Positions 24,031 to 36,191 of a stretch of DNA of 64,000 bases are shown piece by piece. Both the position numbers and the translations under genes were made by a program. Below the pieces are notes generated by a model. The model searched no databases, was not told the DNA's origin, and saw only the letters and a list, made by a program, of their open reading frames with translations. Origin of the DNA: Phyllobates terribilis (Eukaryota); the NCBI RefSeq assembly GCF_046119375.1, contig NW_027362769.1, positions 51,708,001 through 51,772,000 of the forward strand, written 5' to 3'. The first letter of the stretch is position 1. The number at the start of each line of letters is the position of its first letter.

Positions 24031-25029
24031 AATAGATGGATTTTTAACGCTGTAATATGGAAAGGACCTGGCTGTATTCTGCAGTGCCAACAAGCAAATG
24101 GCGCAGAAAAAACATGTTCTCTGGATTGCTTTTTAATCAAATAATGAGGATTAAGATGCAAAAAAAATTATTCCTGGCCCCTGATATTTCCAGAAATATC
24201 TAACAGCTTCAGCCGACAGAATTGGAATGGAGCCTCTTGTGCTATGTGCACTGCAGTCTGCTATATACACTGCCTGCCTGATATCTCTACAGATGGATTA
24301 GTTAGTCCTCAGAAGGACTGTTTGTTAAGATGGATATGTGTAATGTACGGTTTTTCTCCCTACACTACCTAATACACAAGCAAATCTCTCCCTGACACAG
24401 CAGCAGCACCTCTCCCTACACTGTCTGATTCTGGGGTACACTGTGATGAGCACAGCGGCGCCAGGTCTGATATAGATCCGATGACGCTGTGCGGCCAGCC
24501 AATCACTGTAATGCCCACAACCAACATGGCTACGGCATTACTGTGCATGGCAGGCAATCCCTGCATGTTTATTGGCTCTCTAAAGAGCGCCAAACATGCG
24601 CTCATCACTAACAAGCAACTGTATATAAAAAATTGGGGTGCAAACCTTCCCAGGCATCAGCCTAAACTGAATAGTAGAAACAAAAAATGGAAGCAGAACT
24701 CCAAGAATAATGCAAATTATAGGACTTTAATGGCATATGTTGCAATGCTTCTGCTCATAGTGTAAAATACAAAGAGAGAGAGAGCGCAAAGCCCAATAGG
24801 GTTACACCTGTAGACATAGGGAATAATAGTAAAATGGTGGTTCTCACCTGGTTGGGTTGTGTGAGGACACAACCACCATAACATATAAAAGGCAGCTGCA
24901 GCGGATCTCCAATGGGTGTCCCACAGGACCAGAATAAATCCAAAGGCGGTGCAGGTAGAGATATACGTCCGCGCCGCTGGAAGATCCTCAAATCAGGAAC
25001 ATATAATAAAATCCTTGTTTATTGGTAAA

Positions 25030-25072
25030 TGCCTACGCGTTTCTGGGTGTTCCACACCCCCTCATCAGGGCA
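25030..25072 (-). ncRNA. Minimal type I hammerhead ribozyme motif (Penelope-associated)
   Basis: Minus strand UGCC-CUGAUGA-GGGGGUGUGGAACACCCA-GAAACGCGUA-GGCA: stem I UGCC/GGCA, palindromic helix III ACGCGU, GUA triplet; stem II closing pair is imperfect. Confidence 0.8.
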
Positions 25073-25879
25073 CCAACAGATATATCAATGTATGCACTGA
25101 AACACTCCATTTATATACAGACAGCAAATGAAAAAAAAAAAAGTGTGTTCAAAAAGGAAGAGCAGAAAAAAACAACATAACCTTTGCACCTGAGGCCGTG
25201 TGCAAAAACCTTCAACAAAACTTTATCAATGAGTGTCACCAATATAAAAAGTGAGTATAAAAAACATGTATTAAGACACGTATTACAATTAATGTAGTGT
25301 AGAGATGTATAAATAATCAATATACAGAATAGTCAAATGTATCAGTCAAATGGAGTAAATACATGAAAGGAATATTACTTACTAATATGTAAGCGTTCAC
25401 ATTAGGTAAGAACAATATAAATATATATATAACATTAAAATCTCTAATGAGAATTCACCCATCAGCTGTCATTCCATAAAGGGAGATGGAAAACGAAGGA
25501 ACAAAATAAAAATAAAAAGTACCCCCATGTAAAAAATAGCCTGTAATAACCTCTATCAACGGAGGAATGGTACAAGGAGCAGGTTATCTGACCTATATCA
25601 TGTAGTGACGTAGAGACCTAATGTGTAGTAATAGGACCTAAAGAAAACGCCGCAATGTAGTGCAAAGGCTGTGGCACAGATAAAGGAGATACACAGACAG
25701 GTAGTGAATCACCTGATGTGCGGTGGCGTAGAAGGAAAGAGGTGTGTGATTGTAGCAACCAGCAGAGCACTACGATGTGGATGCGAGTTGTACTGCTCCA
25801 AAAAGGAAGCCATAAAAGAGGGAATATTTATAATAGCGTGCAGGATTTTAGAGGAACACAATATGTGTGTCAGTAAAAA

Positions 25880-26440
25880 CTATGATAAATGTAAAAACAC
25901 AGATTTATGTGTGTATATATAAAAAACAATATTAACTATAAAAAAAACTTCAGAGACATCATTCAGACCAAAGGGCTTAAGAGTATTCAGTCTGTAAATC
26001 CAATAAATTTCCTTTCTGTTTAGTTCTTGGAGTCTATTGGGATAATTCTCGGGAATTTGATCAATAGGGCTGATCTTTAGACTTAAAAAATCTTTATTAT
26101 GCACCATTGTGCAATGTCTAGAAAGACCTTGTTTAAGAAACCCTTTAAGAACATTATGCCCATGGGAGTTGAGGCGTAGGTGGAGAGGCTATATTGTTCT
26201 CCCCACATATTGTTTATTACAACTGAATTTTATTAGATAGATAACAAAAGTAGAATTGCAGGTGAGATATTTATTGATCTCAAAAATCTCCATATTAGTC
26301 TTTGATTGAAAGTGAGTAAGACCATGTGTAATACTTTTACAACATAGACAATTTTTGTTGCCACATTTAAAGACCCCTTTACAGGATGTTATAGGAGTCA
26401 TACAGTTGTTCTTTGTCGTATTCCTTATCCTACTCTGAGC
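25880..26440 (-). pseudogene. Penelope-like element GIY-YIG endonuclease, C-terminal fragment
   Basis: FKCGNKNCLCC..LTCNSTFVIYLIKFSCNKQYVGRT..; LNRKEIYWIYRLNTLKPFGLN, characteristic of PLE EN domains; 3' region extends to about 24770. Confidence 0.88.
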
Positions 26441-26812
26441 TATGATATTTCTTAGTGAAATGCTCTGCTCATAGTGTGAAAGGCTTGAGAAAGGTTCACG
26501 CTATGAACCGAAATATCACCACATGGGCCATTAAAGTCCTATAATTTGCATTATTTTTGGATTGCTGCTTCTATTTTTTATTTCTATCTATTCATCTATC
26601 TCCAAAAATGAGCACAAAGCATGGGCTGATTAAAATCCGTTTTCTTATCATCTGATTTTAGACTGCTGCCCACATTTTTGGGATTTGTATACAAGAGGCT
26701 TTGGTGATAACATTGGGAGGCTTTGCACCCATTTTTGAATTAAAAAGTGCTGCTTTCATTTTTCTATCTGTCTCCGTCCATCTCTCACATAGATGGATGA
26801 GATGGCCGTCTG

Positions 26813-26860
<48 letters not shown>
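26813..26860 (+). repeat. (TCTA)12 microsatellite
   Basis: Direct reading. Confidence 0.98.
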
Positions 26861-27482
26861 ATGTAATGGTTAGAAGAAATCAACAACCTTAAGAAGTTTC
26901 TTGTTTTTCCGATGCTTCTGATTGCAGCTGTACAAACCTGGCTTATTCCCTTTCTCAGTCAACCATCCTTTCCATGATATGCATAAACTAATATTTGCTT
27001 CCCTCATCCTCCTGTGTTCTTTCACACTAACATGCAGAACTTCCTTATCACATGGACATGATGCAGCATGTGATATACTTTATAATGGTTCTAGTAAGTA
27101 CATTCTACTTTCTCTCTTCTTTTCGTAGGACATATTTTAATAAATTACGTTGTTATTAGATCATTTATATTTCTTTCTTAATTTTCCATCAGTGGAAAAG
27201 ATATCAATACTTAAATCTCTGCAATAGTATAGTCTATTGTCCCTGATGCAGAATGCTTCAAAATTATCCATGTGATCATGCCTAACGTTATTAACCGTTT
27301 GCCCCTTATATGAACCTGATAAGTCGTGTTTTTGAGGAAGAATTTTGATTCCTTTGTCCACAAATTCCATAACATTTTGTTCATTGTGCAGCAGACAGTA
27401 TTGTTTTCATTCACATGCTTTTACTAACACTCCTTCTACTCCACCTATGGTCAATAAAGCCACGCAGAGATCTCTCCACTTA

Positions 27483-27673
27483 GGGTGCTTTCATGCTATG
27501 TTTTGGCACCCGTTCGTTGGTCCCATTGGGGCTTACATCCGTTCACTCTGTCTGCCCTATTATAGTCTATGACTTCGTCAGCGCATATGCCCGAATCCCG
27601 TTTTGTAGGGGGTTCAGACGTAAGACTCGAAAGGACCAACAAACGGGTGCCAAAACGCAGTGTGAAAGCACCC
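27483..27673. mobile_element. PIF/Harbinger-like MITE
   Basis: TTA|GGGTGCTTTCA..TTTTGGCACCCGTT ... AACGGGTGCCAAAA..TGAAAGCACCC|TTA. Confidence 0.8.
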
Positions 27674-27824
27674 TTAGGTTCACATTCTTATGGAAATCCC
27701 CCAGTTATAAGTTACTAGAATGGTCTACACAGAGGTGTATCTAGGTCCTCTAGCACACGGGGCAAGAATTCAGTTTAGCGTCCCCCCCGCTCTTTCCCCA
27801 GCACATATGCGATTTGCACACTAA

Positions 27825-29275
27825 GGCCATGGCCCCACTATCAGTATTTGGTCAGTATTCGGTCAATATTTTTTCTCAGAATTAGGAGCCAAAACCAGGA
27901 GTGGGTGATAAATGCGGAATTGGTGACTTGTTTCTATTATACCTTTTCTCTGATTGTTCCTCGCCTGGTTTTGGCTCCTGTGGCGCCCCTGCCAGTCCAG
28001 TTGCCACAGAGGTACTGCATCTCAGCCAGAGGTGTGGTGCCCCACTCTCAGTTAAGTAGGGAGCACTACCCGGGACACAACCACTCACATCCAGCACTAC
28101 ATCACTCTATTAGGGAAGGTCCAGATAGCTCCTGATGGAGAGCACAGGCCTGGTCCTAAGTCCTAGAGGAGGTGGGTGAAGGAAGTAGTTTAGGGGAGCA
28201 CTGAAGGATGAGTATAAAAGGAAGGGTAGAAAGATCTAGAAGGAGTCTGGTCCTAGGATCCTAGGAGTGAGGACCGTGGAGGAGTGAGGACCGTCAAGGA
28301 GTTAGTCAGACAGAGGAGTTGGTGACAGGAGTCTGTCACCGGGAGTGAAGAGTGAAGACCGAAGCAGTGAGAAAGACTCCAGAGTGAGAGAAAGGATCCT
28401 AGGGGCACGGGAAGTGCGGAGTCCACCTGTGCGCCCGAGTTCACGCCGACCATGAAGGGATCAGGTCGCCGTAGGGTACCGGCCCCAGACTAGTGGAGGA
28501 CTACAAGACTCAGCTAGCAAACCGGAGGTTGCGGTAACTTTATGTGCCTTAGCCAAAAACCACACACATTCGCTGAAAAGGTGGCCATTTAGGACAAAAG
28601 GGAACAGAAAGGACGTTGCCCGACAAGGCCCACTGGCTCAGGACACTGTGTGTGAGGCGCAGGGCAGGAGGGCGAGAGCCAACTCTGAGAGAGACGACCC
28701 AGAAAGGTACACAAGAAGTGGGTCCTGTTCAAGTGCACCCAAGTTATCTGAGAGTTGGCTGGATCTCTTCCCCAGAGGACACAGGACGACGTGGGCTTTT
28801 ATAACCTGCTGGCAGTTGTAACCTAGAACATCATAAGAACTGTGAGTAAAAACTTGAAGACTGCACCCCACTGTGTCCTTGACTTAATTGCTGCGTCACC
28901 TGCCTTGCACTACGCCACCAACATCTAAAATCCCCTATTTAACTGCCCTGGGGCCTAGCTCTACCCGTGGAGAGCTGAACCATCTCTGCTGCATCACCAA
29001 CAGCCCCAGTGGATCTGAACAGCAGCGGCGGACACCTATAGCCGCATACCATGGGTGGCGTCACAAACTTTATCGCCAAAACTTTATTCCCCTCTTTTCT
29101 TTATTTTATTGACCGCCCTGGGCCACGGACCTGGTCACTGCCACCGTGACTACCCCAAAAAGAACCGACTGGCCCGGCTACCGAGTACCCCACGGTCCAG
29201 GGGGCGAGTCACTCCCACTCCTGAGAGAAAATACTGACCGAATACTGACCAAATACTGATAGTGGGGCCATGGCC
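27825..29275. mobile_element. Harbinger-like MITE split by a solo LTR
   Basis: 41-bp perfect TIR GGCCATGGCCCCACTATCAGTATTTGGTCAGTATTCGGTCA; flanks TAA/TTA. Confidence 0.85.
27979..29211 (+). mobile_element. Solo LTR (Gypsy-type)
   Basis: TG...CA termini (TGTGGCGCCCC / GGGGCGAGTCA); 4-bp TSD CTCC; TATAAAA at 28213; 3' end matches 1-271. Confidence 0.85.
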
Positions 29276-30525
29276 TTAGTCACATGCCGACAAGTTGCTC
29301 TTTCTAATTCTCTCTAAGAGAAGCAGGAAGAGAAGCTTGTTGTCACGTGACCGTAAGTATGAAAATCGCATGTGAGTGAAGTAGCCATGTGATGGAACCT
29401 GCAAGCCAAGCTGAATCCTGACAGTGAGGATATTACACGTTGTTAGAATTGGCTACAGGGCTTTATTTTATAAATAATGGGCTCGTCCAGGTTTGAGATG
29501 AAAGTCTGCAGTCACTGTAAGTGTCTGCAGGCTTCTGAATTCTCACAGCGCATGTACTGCACACTTTTAGGATTCTCCCTTGCGGTGGCAAGAGTGGACT
29601 GTCGTGTCACCACAAGTATGAAATTGGTATACTTCTGGCAACATTCCGACTAGACATGTCCTTCCTCGCTCAATTCATTTTCACTGAGTGAGGCCACGCA
29701 TGTCTAGTTAGCACTTGACCACGTGTATGCAAATCACCGGCACGAGAGAATCCTGACAGCGTGCAGTGTGCACTATGAGAGTTCAGAAGTCTGCAGTCAC
29801 ATAGAATGACTGCAGACTCATCATAAAGGTGGACAACATCTTTAATGCTCCTAACATAAGTAAAAACATAAAAATGTATCATCATGTAGCATCATAAAAA
29901 AAATTTACATCCAGGTACCTGATAGATGTAGTTGTCTCTGGAGTCGTTCTCTTTCTTTTCTTCTTCATCTTATCCAGACTCCATGATGACTTTTCTCATC
30001 CACAGCTCGTCTCTGCAGACTTCCATCTTCTCCGGTCTTCTGCAGCAAATCCCCACACATTGCCCTTAAAGATAGAAGTGTCATTATAATGATCCTGAAT
30101 AAAAATATGTGCCCTACACTGAGCCCCTGAATAAATAATTGCCCCTCGCAATATTCACCGCACAAAATATGACCCCCACACTGTCCCTCGTATGGTACAT
30201 GCTCTCCATACTGGGTCCCATCTTAACACTGTCCTCACACTGTGTCCCCCCTATAAGGCCCAGTCTCTGTACTGTGCCCCCTCATCACACTCCCTCTCCT
30301 TAGCATACTGTTCTCTCCTTCCTCCTATTCTGTGCCCACTTACACTTTTCTTCCCCCATACTGTCTCCTCACACTATTGCCCTCAATAGTCTCCTTACAC
30401 GTTTCCCCTACCACCTCATATTTACCCCTTACACATCCCCCCAACTTCCCATACTATGTCCGCACACATTTTCCCCTTCTCTACCAACAATGTGTCTGCA
30501 CCCACCCCTCACTCGCTCCCCACAG

Positions 30526-30675
30526 ATTAAATCTCCCCCTTCACACAGAATAAATCCCCCCTCCACACTGAATAAATCCCCCCTCCATACTGACTAAATC
30601 CCCCCCTCCACACTGAACAAATAGCCCTCTGCACAATTAATAAATAGCCCCCTGCACAATTAATAAATATCGCCC
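30526..30675. repeat. Minisatellite, about 21-23-bp unit
   Basis: TAAATCCCCCCTCCACACTGAA variants in tandem. Confidence 0.8.
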
Positions 30676-31126
30676 CCTCCCAGGCTGAATCTTCGGTGTC
30701 TTCAGCTCCATAGCCACAGGAGCACTTACCACCGATGGTCTTCTCTCCTGTGGGCACCGGCGAGTGACGTCGGCAGCGCGATCACATGACCTGATCATGC
30801 TCTAACCCGACGGTCAGAGCTTCAATTGTACTTGCGTCTGAAAGACGCAGGTACAATTGAACACTGGGAGCCGGCACTGTGAGCTTGACACCCAACTCAG
30901 AGAGCTGCCGAATCCTGGCAGAATGCCGCTGCCAGGGGAGACACTTCGGACCGCCGCATTAGGGGGCCCGACAGCGCCCCGCCTGCCCCCCCCCTAGATA
31001 TGCCTTTGGGCCTACAAATCATAAAAGTCCTGCCAAAATTAAACTATATGTAAAATGATTAGTATAAATCACAGCCTCATTCCTCCTGTAGTCTCGGATT
31101 TATTTTTTTTTTAAAGCAATATTTAA

Positions 31127-31480
31127 AGGGGACATGTCATTTTGAAAATGGTATATGATTTGCTGGCAGGAGGAGTGGATCAGACTGAAGTACATTTTTA
31201 TTGGAAATTAAATAATTGGTGTTTTTATGCGTATGAGTCCAGTGGGCGGTCCTACTCAGTGATTGACAGTTTTCCCTGAATGACTGTGCATGCAGAGATA
31301 GCGGTCAGTCATAGCATAGGACAGCCCATTGAGCTCCTATGCCTACAAACACCAGGGGTTTCAATGAATAAACTACAAATTATTCCGAATCGTTTCCAAC
31401 AAACCTGTATATCATTCTGCTCAGATTCTCCTTCTCTATGTTCACAGATTAGACTGCATGTACAACATGACAGGGTCGCA
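31127..31480. mobile_element. TTAA-flanked (T2/Kolobok-like) MITE, degenerate
   Basis: TTAA|AGGGGACATGTCAT ... CATGACAGGGTCGCA|TTAA; weak TIR. Confidence 0.5.
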
Positions 31481-34400
31481 TTAAAAGAGTTGTCCACTAC
31501 TTGGGCAACCCCTTCTTAATCCGTATGTTTGCCCTCAGTAAAATAACAACACTTATACTTTCTTCCGATGCCGGCGCCATTCCAGCTTTCCCGAGACTCA
31601 CGTCACTTTGTTACATCACTCTCCCTGCGGTCAATCAGTGGCCACTTCACTCTCCCTACCTCCCTATGACATACATGCTGAGCAAGTGAAAGCTGCTCAC
31701 TTACTGATGTGTCACTTACTGGGCTGTGTATTGCTGTTTCAATAAAATCAGTGTTTTTTCAGCAGGAGGTTTTCACTACTGGACTAAATCTCTCATTCAT
31801 CTTAGTTAACTGCTCTGTGTCACCCCGCCCCCAGCACTGACTGGCAGCTCTTTGCCTATGCACAGTGTACACAGAAAGCTGCCAATCAGTGGTAGGGGCG
31901 GGGTTATACAGAGCTCAGCATTCAGAACCCAGCTAGATCTGTATCAAATAAAACAGTGATTGTATCAGAATGACTGCATGCAGTTCAGCAAGTGATACAT
32001 CGCTGGAATCAGGGTCTCAGCCCCTACACCATGCTCCTCTCAGATGACATAGCAAAAACCTGATGACAGATTCTACAGGTGTTATAGGTAAAACATACCA
32101 TCTAATTTAACTTTCTTTTAATAAATCATAACTAACTCCCTTTCCAATCTTGTAGCTTATAGCTATACTTATCAACTCCAGGCCTTATCTTTCTTTTTTC
32201 TTTCCCATTTTGTTAGTTTTCATGGTCCCCTGCAGTGCTGAAAGTAGTTTGTCACCAAGATGGACCCTTTTAACATATATATACAAGTGACTGTAAGAAA
32301 CATTAGCGAGCGGGAGGTTCAATCGCTCCTATGCTATGGCGAGGACTGTCATGATAAAGTATGGACACATAGACACAATTTTTGGGCTGATCTTTTAATT
32401 TCGAAAGGGTTATGGCCAGCTGTACCCTCTTGTTCCGATTACGATGGCATGATTAGGAGAGGTGGAGGGCTTCACAGTAGGATCCTTTCTTTAGGAGAAA
32501 AGGCTTTGATTGATCCAATGTAAGCTGTTTCCAGGGAAGCAGATGCCTTGAACAGACCTCTCCAGTAGCAAAAGAATACAAACCATGTGAGGACTGCAGA
32601 GACCAAAGTCTTTCTGTTAACCCTTCTCGTGCTGGTACAAATGAGAAAGTAATTGTATTCATAGTTCATTGCTCCCCCTTCCTTTGACATAAAAAAGGTC
32701 TATAATTAAATGCCCAACTCTAAATTCTGGGTCTTTGTATTTTCTTCAAAGCAGGTTCATAGGGCAGGCACTGAAATAAAGGTGGAATGTCTTTGAATGG
32801 AAAGATCAATCTGTTAATGCTCCAAATTATTCAGCCTTTTTTTTATACTTATAATGCCCTAGCAAATTTCAAAGCATTCATGTTGAGTAACAGTATGCGT
32901 TCATATTGTATTGTACATGTATACATACTTTTCAACATCATACAAATTCAGAGGAAGACTTGGCAGTAACTTTGTCAACTTGTCGCTTATTGTGAAACTC
33001 CAATTCCATGCTTCTTCTGACATACTAAGACTGTGTTTTACTGTATTTTTTTCACAACCACAGAAGTTCATTATGTAAGGAACTTTGGCCTGATTGGCTT
33101 CCATAAAACTTTCCAGACTTGCTTATGTCACTTGTAAAACTCATGTACAATTATAGTGCTTGTCCAGCCCAATTTCATTAAATCAAGAGATGTAACCAAG
33201 GGTGCAACGATCGTGGTCACAGAGGTCGCAACCACAAATGGACCCATTCGTGTGGGTTGCCCTTTGACACAACGCAAACTTCAACTGGATGTGTATTCAA
33301 CTCAGATGCACATTCAGCTGACGTGTATTGCGGCACAGGGGACCCGCCGGGTCTGTGCGCGGCAATAGACACTGCCGGCCAATCAGAGGCCAGCAGCTGA
33401 CACCGGGAGAGTCAGCCTGGGACTGAGCTCATAACACCCCTCTCGCTGTTGCTTTTACGTCCATCAGCTGGTATATAAAAACATAGTAGGTATATAAAAA
33501 CATGCATGTATTCGAATGCAACGTTGTGTCAAAATTTCAAAGCAATCGGTGAAGAACTTTCGGAGACTTAAGATTTTGAACAAACAAACATTTACATTTT
33601 TATTTATATAGAAGATAGATATATATATACCAGGATGAGGAACAAATATACTAAGATGGGCCCAGGATGGGGGACATATATACCACAAAGGAGCCCAGAT
33701 ATTACTACATAATGGGGGTGGGGGACAACTGGTATGTCCTTAGAGGATTTAGAACCTTACAAGGGCCCATACATCTGACCAACATGGCTCAGGTCCAAAT
33801 TTTGCAGCGGGCCCATCGGACTCTAGTTACACCACTATATGTAATAACAGCCGGTGTGCACATCAGAGGCTGGAAAGTAGTGTTAGTGGTGACGTAGGCA
33901 TCTATAGTATTATTATATTGCAGAATTGGTTTCTCCCATTTAACATTTAAAAAAAAACAAGAGCATTTCATAGGCTAGATTGTTTGGGTAAATTATAGTA
34001 TATCATACTATATCATGCGCTCAGGAGGGTGGCAGTGTTATGAGACACAACACAACTTAGGGCTTGTCTTTCCATTCAAAAATCCCTTGAAATACTGGGA
34101 TCGGTGAATGAACCCTTATATTTATTCATATGATGCAGAAGATTATAGTGCTAAATTACAACACTGCTATAGCTCGGTTCTTGCCCTGTTTGCCCACATT
34201 TTGCCATACTAAATGCCAGATTAGTCTTGCCATGAGTCGGATAAATCTCCATGTGACTATGATCATGACAGTCTTTGCACAACCGAAATTTACTCGGTGC
34301 CGCTGCTACATTGCAGCACTATACAACTGAACGAGGTCACATTGCGACACTTACACTGCCATGACCACGATAAGCAAGTCACAAAAAATCCATCTGAGTC

Positions 34401-36191
34401 TGATTTTTCAAGACTTGCTTGTTGTGGTAGTGTAGGTGTCTCAATGTGACCCCATTCACTTCTGTATGTAAAACCGAAAGAATTGAAATGGAGTATAAGT
34501 TGGTTTACATGCAACGTGTAGGAGCATGTTCATACTGGCCATTAAACAGACAACACCTAAGATGGAAACAAAATGAAAATATAACCTGTTGTAACTAAAA
34601 AGCAATAGTACATATGAATAACATAGGGCACTTAGTAAACACTGTTTTTCATTAAAAAAAAAAAGCGTGAAAGCCATTCCACCAGCGTCAAGGTGTACCC
34701 AAATGGGACGGTCCTAACCTCTAGTATTAAAACGTACTCTCCACTTCTTTTGGTTTTGCTTTAGGTTCTTGCACTCAGTTTATGCAAAGGTGTGGCCTCC
34801 CTTTCTTTGAGATGGGCATTACATTTATATAACTTCCCATGGCTGGGTGTCCATAGTTAGGTCCTGGTCCTGCTCGATCCTTATTCACATTGAGGTTATT
34901 TTTGACACATGGTAAGGTTTAATATTAGAGGTTAGGACCATCCCGATTGAGTACATCTTGGCACTGGTGGGATGGCTTTTATGCTTTTTTTTTATAATCA
35001 AAAACAGTATTTACTAAGAACCCTACTTTATTTATATGTACTATTGCTTTTTACTTACTTTTAGAAGGGTATGTGTTCATTTACACTTCTATAAGTAGCA
35101 AACCAAGGTCGTGTGACGATGTCGCGACTTAAGTCGCCGTGTAGTCCCAGCCTTCATGTGAAGATGATACATTTTACTTTTTATTGCAGGTGAAATTATT
35201 ATTTTTTTTTTAGGTTTTGCTTTTTGATACACAATCCTCATAAACCAGTGCAGTCCATAATGAAAATGACAGAGTCTTGGGCTGGTGTTTGCTTGTCGAT
35301 GGCTGCACTAGATAACGTCCCTGAGCTAATAATACATATCTGTGTAGAAAGTCAGTTTGATTTATATCTGTGCACAATAGGAAAGAATGTGCTCCCTCTT
35401 GCCCTATAAAGCGATGAGTGTTTGTTAAGCATTTCTGTACACTTTCTCTTCTTGTTTTATAAGATGAATTGATGGTTTCAGACAAGCTGGCCATGAGTCT
35501 TAGAGAAATATTAGCCAAATTTTGCATCAATTTCAGCCAGACTGGATCTAGTGAGTATAGTAACAGCCTAACAACTGGGGATCAAAAGTGATTTCAGTGT
35601 TTTGTTATATGTCACACATTTTGATATTTTTGGGAACATGATGATCTTCTGTTTAAAAGTTTGCTTATTACATATTTAATTCGCATAGCATATTAATTTT
35701 TAAAGGGAGTATTGACTGCTGAGAGGAATATTGACTGCTGAGACCATCTCAAAGCATGGCTCCTACCACTGGCGGACACAGACAGAAGAGGACCCCTGTG
35801 CCAGAACAATATATGGGCCGTTTGCTGTCCAATAGATCATCATAATACTTAATTTCACTTGCTTTGGGGATAGAAATGGGCCCCCTTATCCCTTGGGTGG
35901 TGTTTCACCGCACATCATAGCCCAGGATCCAGCACGCGCTTGCAGCCAATGACGTGAAACCCCACCCAAAGCTCATCAATCAGGGGGGTGCGCGTCACTG
36001 GATCACGCCTTTGGGTTCCCAGAACTTGACGTGATATCAGCGGATGTCAGAGGCTGCAGCCGGGAGTCGCGTGATGCCCAGTGAATGGTCAGCAATAGCG
36101 CCACTCACAGGCACATATAACAACAGAAGGTAATTACAAAAAACTTTAAACCGATGGGGCCATTATTTATAGTAGTGGACAACCTCTTTAA

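Larger units (their letters stand above)
15481..24610 (-). mobile_element. Complete 9130-bp hAT element (copy 2)
   Basis: TIRs TAGTGATGAGCG / CGCTCATCACTA; perfect 8-bp TSD ACAAGCAA at 15473-15480 and 24611-24618. Confidence 0.97.
27730..31008. mobile_element. Non-autonomous hAT-type element hosting nested insertions
   Basis: TIR CAGAGGTGTATCTAGG / CCTAGATATGCCTTTG; 8-bp TSD GGTCTACA/GGCCTACA (7/8). Confidence 0.75.

Noticed and set aside
32186-32700. Host exon after the pyrimidine tract at 32186-32216
   Set aside because: All frames close quickly and none gives a recognisable protein.
33184-33837. Complete hAT-type non-autonomous element
   Set aside because: The right end CTAGTTACACCACTA is TIR-like, but the left end is too degenerate and no TSD matches.
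35213-35409. Host terminal exon (GFCFLIHNPHKP...)
   Set aside because: An acceptor-like site exists, but I recognise no homology and there are no supporting partner exons.
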